In this document: positions 57,301 through 64,000 of the stretch, piece by piece
Position numbering within the stretch: the stretch's first letter is position 1
Layout: each line of letters opens with the position of its first letter
Source: Escherichia coli
GTDB lineage: Bacteria; Pseudomonadota; Gammaproteobacteria; Enterobacterales; Enterobacteriaceae
NCBI RefSeq assembly: GCF_041248615.1
Contig: NZ_CP158426.1
DNA length: 64,000 nt
Strand: one strand, 5' to 3'
Notes under the pieces: model-generated
The model's input: the letters and a program-made list of their open reading frames with translations, nothing else
What the model was told of the DNA's origin: nothing
Database searches by the model: none
Translations under genes and position numbers: made by a program

Positions 57301-57813
57301 CTGGAAAACGCCGTCGATGCGCTGAAAGCCGGACGCGAGCCGTCGCTGGAAGATCTCACCAGTCAGCAAACAGAAGTCGAGCTGCGGATGCCGTCGCTGT
57401 TGCCGGATGATTTCATTCCTGACGTGAATACGCGTTTGTCGTTCTATAAACGTATTGCCAGCGCCAAAACGGAAAACGAACTGGAAGAGATCAAAGTTGA
57501 GCTTATCGATCGCTTCGGCCTGCTGCCGGATCCGGCGCGAACCCTGCTGGATATTGCCCGTCTGCGCCAGCAAGCGCAGAAACTGGGGATCAGGAAGCTG
57601 GAAGGTAATGAGAAAGGCGGCGTGATCGAATTTGCCGAGAAGAATCACGTTAATCCGGCCTGGTTGATTGGTTTGCTGCAAAAACAGCCGCAGCATTACC
57701 GCCTTGATGGTCCGACGCGCCTGAAGTTTATTCAGGATTTGAGTGAGCGGAAAACGCGTATCGAATGGGTACGCCAGTTTATGCGTGAACTGGAAGAGAA
57801 CGCCATCGCTTAA
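54367..57813 (+). CDS. mfd: transcription-repair coupling factor
   Basis: ORF 54304-57813; start MPEQYRYTLPVKAGEQ at 54367 gives 1148 aa; helicase motifs. Confidence 0.95.
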   Translation: MPEQYRYTLPVKAGEQRLLGELTGAACATLVAEIAERHAGPVVLIAPDMQNALRLHDEISQFTDQMVMNLADWETLPYDSFSPHQDIISSRLSTLYQLPTMQRGVLIVPVNTLMQRVCPHSFLHGHALVMKKGQRLSRDALRTQLDSAGYRHVDQVMEHGEYATRGALLDLFPMGSELPYRLDFFDDEIDSLRVFDVDSQRTLEEVEAINLLPAHEFPTDKAAIELFRSQWRDTFEVKRDPEHIYQQVSKGTLPAGIEYWQPLFFSEPLPPLFSYFPANTLLVNTGDLENSAERFQADTLARFENRGVDPMRPLLPPQSLWLRVDELFSELKNWPRVQLKTEHLPTKAANANLGFQKLPDLAVQAQQKAPLDALRKFLESFDGPVVFSVESEGRREALGELLARIKIAPQRIMRLDEASDRGRYLMIGAAEHGFVDTVRNLALICESDLLGERVARRRQDSRRAINPDTLIRNLAELHIGQPVVHLEHGVGRYAGMTTLEAGGITGEYLMLTYANDAKLYVPVSSLHLISRYAGGAEENAPLHKLGGDAWSRARQKAAEKVRDVAAELLDIYAQRAAKEGFAFKHDREQYQLFCDSFPFETTPDQAQAINAVLSDMCQPLAMDRLVCGDVGFGKTEVAMRAAFLAVDNHKQVAVLVPTTLLAQQHYDNFRDRFANWPVRIEMISRFRSAKEQTQILAEVAEGKIDILIGTHKLLQSDVKFKDLGLLIVDEEHRFGVRHKERIKAMRANVDILTLTATPIPRTLNMAMSGMRDLSIIATPPARRLAVKTFVREYDSLVVREAILREILRGGQVYYLYNDVENIQKAAERLAELVPEARIAIGHGQMRERELERVMNDFHHQRFNVLVCTTIIETGIDIPTANTIIIERADHFGLAQLHQLRGRVGRSHHQAYAWLLTPHPKAMTTDAQKRLEAIASLEDLGAGFALATHDLEIRGAGELLGEEQSGSMETIGFSLYMELLENAVDALKAGREPSLEDLTSQQTEVELRMPSLLPDDFIPDVNTRLSFYKRIASAKTENELEEIKVELIDRFGLLPDPARTLLDIARLRQQAQKLGIRKLEGNEKGGVIEFAEKNHVNPAWLIGLLQKQPQHYRLDGPTRLKFIQDLSERKTRIEWVRQFMRELEENAIA

Positions 57814-57956
57814 TGGTAAATCGGGGGCGTTTCTACGCCCCCATCTGCAACATTTACAAATTCTTTGCACTTCCCTGCACTATCCGACACTGTCACCATC
57901 CATAATTCAGGCTTATCTGTTTATTACAATAACCTTATATTTATTATGGATTTTTG

Positions 57957-58919
57957 GTGATGATCAAAACGCGTTTTTCTCGCTGGCTAACGTTTTTTAC
58001 GTTCGCCGCTGCCGTGGCGCTGGCGCTACCGGCAAAAGCCAACACCTGGCCGCTGCCGCCAGCGGGCAGTCGTCTGGTTGGCGAAAACAAATTTCATGTG
58101 GTGGAAAATGACGGTGGTTCTCTGGAAGCCATCGCCAAAAAATATAACGTCGGCTTTCTCGCTCTGTTACAGGCTAACCCCGGCGTTGATCCTTACGTAC
58201 CGCGCGCGGGCAGCGTGTTAACGATCCCGTTGCAAACCCTACTTCCAGACGCGCCGCGTGAAGGCATTGTGATCAACATTGCGGAGCTGCGTCTCTATTA
58301 CTACCCGCCGGGTAAAAATTCGGTAACCGTGTATCCCATCGGCATTGGTCAGTTGGGTGGTGACACGCTGACACCAACAATGGTGACCACCGTTTCAGAC
58401 AAACGTGCAAACCCAACCTGGACGCCAACGGCAAACATCCGCGCCCGTTATAAAGCACAGGGAATTGAGTTGCCTGCGGTAGTTCCGGCTGGACCGGATA
58501 ACCCAATGGGCCATCATGCGATTCGCCTGGCGGCCTATGGCGGCGTTTATTTGCTTCACGGTACGAACGCCGATTTCGGCATTGGCATGCGGGTAAGTTC
58601 TGGCTGTATTCGTCTGCGGGATGACGATATCAAAACACTCTTTAGCCAGGTCACCCCAGGTACCAAAGTAAATATCATCAACACCCCGATTAAAGTCTCT
58701 GCCGAACCAAACGGTGCGCGTCTGGTTGAAGTACATCAGCCGCTGTCAGAGAAGATTGATGACGATCCGCAGCTGCTGCCAATTACGCTGAATAACGCAA
58801 TGCAATCGTTTAAAGATGCAGCACAAACTGACGCTGAAGTGATGCAACATGTGATGGATGTCCGTTCCGGGATGCCGGTGGATGTCCGCCGTCATCAAGT
58901 GAGCCCACAAACTCTGTAA
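57957..58919 (+). CDS. ldtC: L,D-transpeptidase LdtC (YcfS)
   Basis: ORF 57954-58919; GTG start at 57957 gives 320 aa; signal peptide, LysM and YkuD motif (HGTN...SSGCIRL). Confidence 0.9.
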   Translation: MMIKTRFSRWLTFFTFAAAVALALPAKANTWPLPPAGSRLVGENKFHVVENDGGSLEAIAKKYNVGFLALLQANPGVDPYVPRAGSVLTIPLQTLLPDAPREGIVINIAELRLYYYPPGKNSVTVYPIGIGQLGGDTLTPTMVTTVSDKRANPTWTPTANIRARYKAQGIELPAVVPAGPDNPMGHHAIRLAAYGGVYLLHGTNADFGIGMRVSSGCIRLRDDDIKTLFSQVTPGTKVNIINTPIKVSAEPNGARLVEVHQPLSEKIDDDPQLLPITLNNAMQSFKDAAQTDAEVMQHVMDVRSGMPVDVRRHQVSPQTL

Positions 58920-58928
58920 AGCACGGAT

Positions 58929-58961
58929 AAAAAAATCCCCGCGACACAGCATGTCGCGGGG
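58929..58961 (-). terminator. bhsA intrinsic terminator
   Basis: stem CCCCGCGACA/TGTCGCGGGG flanked by A-runs; T-run follows on the minus strand. Confidence 0.6.
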
Positions 58962-59001
58962 AAAAAAATCAGCAGTAGCAGGCATTAATGAGGGTTAATG
59001 C

Positions 59002-59259
59002 TTATTTATAAATTACTGCTGTTCCATGGAGGGTATTCGGACCGGTTACAGAAGTAATACGGAAAGATTTTGCGCCCATCTCATCCGCTTTTTGCGCCAG
59101 CTGCTCTTCCAGCGATCCCAGATTTGTCCCCGCGTTAGCACTGATAGTACCGACTTTTTGTTGGCCTTCTGGCGTTGACTGAACTTCGACAGCCGCAAAG
59201 CTGGCAAATGACATGGAGCTTAAAATCACCGCAGCGATGAGGGTTTTTACGTTTTTCAT
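59002..59259 (-). CDS. bhsA: multiple stress resistance protein BhsA (YcfR; DUF1471)
   Basis: 85-aa ORF MKNVKTLIAAVILSSMSFASFAAVEVQ...TAVIYK. Confidence 0.9.
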   Translation of the reverse strand: MKNVKTLIAAVILSSMSFASFAAVEVQSTPEGQQKVGTISANAGTNLGSLEEQLAQKADEMGAKSFRITSVTGPNTLHGTAVIYK

Positions 59260-59499
59260 AATAGTGGCCTTATGCAGATGAATGACGTCGCAAGCAATTA
59301 CTTAACGATCGATAACTAAATGATAGATGTGATCTGGATCACATACAAGATATTTTTTATAACAATCATTAATTAATTTAAAAATATTTAAATTTCAGTT
59401 AAATAGAAAGCAATTATTTTTATGGTTTGTGGACTGGTGAACGGAGGTGATTATTTTTATAATAACCTTTCATTCACAGTCACCAGGTACAACGGCATC

Positions 59500-60132
59500 A
59501 TGGCAACTGACTCAACACAATGTGTAAAAAAAAGCCGTGGCCGCCCAAAAGTGTTCGACAGGGATGCCGCGCTTGATAAGGCCATGAAATTGTTCTGGCA
59601 ACACGGTTATGAAGCGACTTCTCTTGCGGACCTCGTCGAAGCGACCGGAGCCAAAGCGCCCACGCTATACGCGGAATTTACCAACAAAGAGGGGTTATTC
59701 CGCGCCGTACTCGACCGCTATATCGATCGTTTTGCCGCTAAGCATGAAGCACAGCTGTTTTGTGAAGAGAAAAGCGTGGAGTCTGCGCTGGCTGACTATT
59801 TTGCTGCCATCGCCAACTGCTTTACCAGCAAAGACACCCCGGCAGGCTGCTTCATGATCAACAACTGCACCACCCTCTCCCCAGATTCAGGAGATATCGC
59901 CAATACGCTGAAATCACGCCATGCAATGCAAGAGCGCACTTTGCAGCAGTTTTTATGTCAACGACAAGCGCGCGGGGAAATCCCGACCCACTGTGACGTG
60001 ACGCATCTGGCAGAATTCCTTAATTGTATTATTCAGGGGATGTCGATCAGCGCACGCGAAGGTGCATCGCTGGAAAAACTGATGCAGATTGCCCGAACGA
60101 CTTTGCGTTTATGGCCCGAACTGGTGAAATAA
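59500..60132 (+). CDS. comR: TetR-family repressor ComR (YcfQ)
   Basis: ORF 59422-60132; start MATDSTQCVKKSRGRPK at 59500 gives 210 aa. Confidence 0.85.
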   Translation: MATDSTQCVKKSRGRPKVFDRDAALDKAMKLFWQHGYEATSLADLVEATGAKAPTLYAEFTNKEGLFRAVLDRYIDRFAAKHEAQLFCEEKSVESALADYFAAIANCFTSKDTPAGCFMINNCTTLSPDSGDIANTLKSRHAMQERTLQQFLCQRQARGEIPTHCDVTHLAEFLNCIIQGMSISAREGASLEKLMQIARTTLRLWPELVK

Positions 60133-60193
60133 GGCGCAAAAAAAGCCCCTCAGCCTGAGCGAATGAGGGGCCAAATTGCAGAGTACAGCCTTG

Positions 60194-60733
60194 TTATACT
60201 TTGTTATTCAAAATCAGTTGCCCGTTACTATCTAGCGGGATCTGCGTACCCGGATCGCGGTCCATGCGGATTTTGCCCTGCTGATCGCCAATCTTATAGG
60301 TCACATCATAACCGAGCATTTTTTCTGACTTGTCATACACCGTTTTACAACGCTGTTGCGTAGTCGTGTAAGTATCGCTTTCCTGGAGAGAGCCCTGGAT
60401 CTGGTTACCGGCATATCCACCACCCAGCGCCCCCACAACAGTGGCGACATCTTTACCACGACCACCACCAAACTGATGCCCTATCACGCCGCCAGCAACA
60501 GCGCCGAGCACCGACCCGGTAATGCGATTTTCATCCTGCACCAGTCGACGATGGGTCACTGTGACGTTGCGACACTCCTGACGCGGTGTTTTAACCGTTT
60601 CCTTGATTGGGGTTGCATAAACAACCTGAGCGTATTGCGGGCCACGTTCAAACACGTTCAGACTGGCCACTGCCGCTACGCCCAGCGCAGCTGCGACACC
60701 AATCCCGATACCCGCCAACATTGATTTATTCAC
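60194..60733 (-). CDS. ycfJ: glycine-zipper membrane protein YcfJ
   Basis: ORF 60194-60772; GTG start at 60733 gives 179 aa. Confidence 0.8.
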   Translation of the reverse strand: MNKSMLAGIGIGVAAALGVAAVASLNVFERGPQYAQVVYATPIKETVKTPRQECRNVTVTHRRLVQDENRITGSVLGAVAGGVIGHQFGGGRGKDVATVVGALGGGYAGNQIQGSLQESDTYTTTQQRCKTVYDKSEKMLGYDVTYKIGDQQGKIRMDRDPGTQIPLDSNGQLILNNKV

Positions 60734-60915
60734 GGGAACACCTCCTTCTTTGCAGTTATGCCAATCATGCAAGCGAAGGAGAAAAGCAGCTATCAGACAG
60801 AAGATGAAAAGCGCGGGAATGGCTGGAAATACTTAGGGATTCGGAGGAGTCTGAAGGAATGCCTGATGCGACGCTTAACGCGTCTTATCAGGCCTACCGC
60901 TCGTACCATTTGTCC

Positions 60916-60949
<34 letters not shown>

Positions 60950-60959
60950 TACAAGCCGA

Positions 60960-62264
60960 TTAATGCAACTTCAAACGCGGACGGATAACGCGGTTAATAC
61001 TCCCCACCAGCATCATTAATCCAGTTTTAAAGTAACCATGCAGCGCAATCTGGTGCATTCGGTATAGCGAGATGTATACAAAGCGCGCAATTCGTCCTTC
61101 AATCATCATTGAGCCGCGCGTCAGGTTACCCATCAGGCTACCGACGGTGGAGAAGTTCGACAGCGATACCAGAGAACCGTGATCTTTATACTGATAATTT
61201 TTCAGCGGCTTACCGTTCATCTGCGCCAGAATGTTGTTCATTGCGCAGGTTGCCATCTGGTGTGCGGCCTGCGCACGCGGCGGAACAAAGCCCCCTTCCG
61301 GACGCGGGCATGACGCGCAGTCGCCAATAGCGTATATGTCTGGATCGCGAGTGGTTTGCAGCGTCGGTTCCACCACCAGCTGGTTGATACGGTTGGTTTC
61401 AAGACCACCGATATCTTTCAGGAAGTCTGGTGCTTTGATCCCGGCTGCCCACACCATCAGATCAGCCTCAATATATTCGCCATCTTTAGTATGCAGGCCG
61501 CCTTCATCAGCACTGGTGACCATGGTTTGCGTCAGCACGCGAACGCCAAGTTTCGTTAACTCATTATGGGCCGCAGCAGAGATACGTGGCGGTAATGCAG
61601 GCAAAATACGTTCGCCCGCTTCTACCAGCGTTACGTTCAGGGCTTCGTTGGTCAGACCTTTATAACCGTAGCTGTGCAGTTGCTTGACCGCGTTGTGCAA
61701 TTCAGCGGAGAGTTCTACACCCGTCGCGCCGCCGCCGACTATCGCAATGTTCACTTTGCCATTCGCGCCCAGGTTGGCGGAGTATTTCAGGAACAGATTC
61801 AGCATCTCCTGGTGGAAGCGACGCGCCTGGTGCGGGTTATCGAGGAAAATGCAGTTCTCTTTGACACCTGGCGTATTGAAATCGTTGGAGGTGCTACCCA
61901 GCGCCATTACCAGGGTGTCATAGGCGATTTTACGTTCCGGAACCAGCAATTCACCTTTTTCGTCGCGCAGTTCTGCAATAGTGATTGTTTTCGCTTCACG
62001 ATCAATATCAATGACGGAACCCAGCTGGAACTGGAAACCATGATTACGCGCATGGGCCAGATAGCTCAACGCATCAACGCCTTCATCAAGCGAGCCAGTC
62101 GCCACTTCGTGCAGCAGCGGTTTCCACAGGTGGCTGTGGTTACGATCGACCAGCGTGATTTTGGCTTTTTTCTTGCGTCCCAGCTTATGCCCCAGCTGTG
62201 TTGCCATTTCCAGCCCACCAGCACCGCCGCCGACAATCACAATTTTTTTCAATGGCGTAGTCAA
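60960..62264 (-). CDS. ndh: NADH dehydrogenase II (type-2 NADH:quinone oxidoreductase)
   Basis: ORF 60960-62291; TTG start at 62264 (GGGGG upstream) gives 434 aa; two GxGxxG dinucleotide folds. Confidence 0.9.
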
Positions 62265-62400
62265 CGTGACCCCCTTAAATTTATTAACCAATTGTTAATT
62301 AATGGTTATTAACATAGCTCTTAATTAACAACAGGTTACAGCAATGAAAATGTTCTTCGCTATTGAGAATAACATGAATGGTGCATTGGTCATACCAAAA

Positions 62401-62414
62401 TTGATGTTAATCAA
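62401..62414. promoter_or_regulatory. FNR-box-like palindrome TTGAT-N4-ATCAA in the ndh promoter region
   Basis: TTGATGTTAATCAA about 140 bp upstream of the ndh start; ndh is a known FNR-repressed gene. Confidence 0.5.
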
Positions 62415-62594
62415 GTTTTGTTGCTGAAAAGATAGGCGACTTTACCGGGCGAGATCAAAAAACAGAGTTTGTTGTTTATTATTTGAGCTAATTTATGAGA
62501 GTGGTATAGCGTGAGGGGTGTATGGAGGACGTTTGGTAGGCCTGATAAAATGCGCATCAGGTACCGGCAAGGTTACCTGATGCGACGAGGGCAT

Positions 62595-63137
62595 TTACCC
62601 GAGGGTTTTGAACGCTTTAATGCGCTGCAAATGCGGGGAGATATTCTTGAATTTGTGCGACTGCTCTTCGTCCCAGACAATCTCGTAATAATGATGCAGC
62701 TCTTCAGATGTCCGCTGGCTGTTAAGCGCTTCATCATTACGCGACAAAATCACCAGGCAACGATCGCGATTCTTCTCACGGAAGTTGGTCACACACTTAG
62801 TGGCAATATCGGCATACTCTTCCGGGCGATCAATCTTGCCTTCCATGTTCTCATAAGGGAACAAATTAGGGTTGAAGATCACCTGGCGGATGTCGCAAAG
62901 AAAACCAATCCGTTCTGCCCAGTATCCGCCCAAGCCAACGCCGCAAATTAGCGGACGCTCGTCAACGTTCAGTTGCAACATTTTGTCCACTTCTTTAAGC
63001 AGATGCTGCATATCATGTTTCGGATGCCGCGTACTGTAGCTTATCAAGCGTACATCCGGGTCAATAAACTGCAATTGTAAGACTTTCTCGTGGTTACCCG
63101 GACTGTTAGAGTCAAAACCGTGTAAATAGATAATCAT
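62595..63137 (-). CDS. ycfP: esterase-fold protein YcfP (UPF0227)
   Basis: ORF 62595-63194; start [18 protein letters not shown] at 63137 gives 180 aa. Confidence 0.85.
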   Translation of the reverse strand: MIIYLHGFDSNSPGNHEKVLQLQFIDPDVRLISYSTRHPKHDMQHLLKEVDKMLQLNVDERPLICGVGLGGYWAERIGFLCDIRQVIFNPNLFPYENMEGKIDRPEEYADIATKCVTNFREKNRDRCLVILSRNDEALNSQRTSEELHHYYEIVWDEEQSHKFKNISPHLQRIKAFKTLG

Positions 63138-63159
63138 CGCTTCCTCACATAAGCCAGGG

Positions 63160-64000
<841 letters not shown>

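Noticed and set aside
57262-57870. 202-aa minus-strand ORF
   Set aside because: Antisense within the 3' end of mnmA-independent gene mfd; no independent signals.

Overview
Enterobacterial (E. coli-type) chromosome. All identifications below come from reading the sequence and the supplied ORF translations and from remembered protein families; no database search was run. Positions 1 to about 30450 are the int-proximal ~30 kb of a lambdoid prophage inserted at the 3' end of icd, with its late genes on the minus strand: head genes (FII partial, FI, E, D, C, B, W, A, Nu1), cos, a small moron cluster (TonB C-terminal-domain-like lipoprotein, bor), a P21-type lysis cassette (pinholin, SAR endolysin, Rz/Rz1), an OmpC/OmpF-family porin moron, Q, rusA, nin-region genes, ren, P, O with ori iterons, cII, cro, cI, a two-gene insert at the rexAB position, PL/nutL, N, sieB, ral, cIII/kil-like ORFs, recT, about ten hypothetical early-left ORFs, xis and int. 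Positions 30449-64000 are conserved core chromosome: icd, a ~1.5 kb insert that displaces the 5' end of rluE, then rluE, nudJ, mnmA, hflD, purB, phoPQ, roxA, pepT, potABCD, ymfA, ycfZ, cobB, nagK, lolEDC, ycfT, mfd, ldtC, bhsA, comR, ycfJ, ndh, ycfP and partial nagZ. No rRNA, tRNA, CRISPR array or IS element was seen. The best candidates for an undescribed system are (1) the two overlapping AT-rich ORFs directly downstream of cI (18911-20217) and (2) a prophage lipoprotein consisting essentially of a TonB C-terminal domain (8635-8961). Coordinates of small non-ORF features were read by eye and may be off by a few bases.
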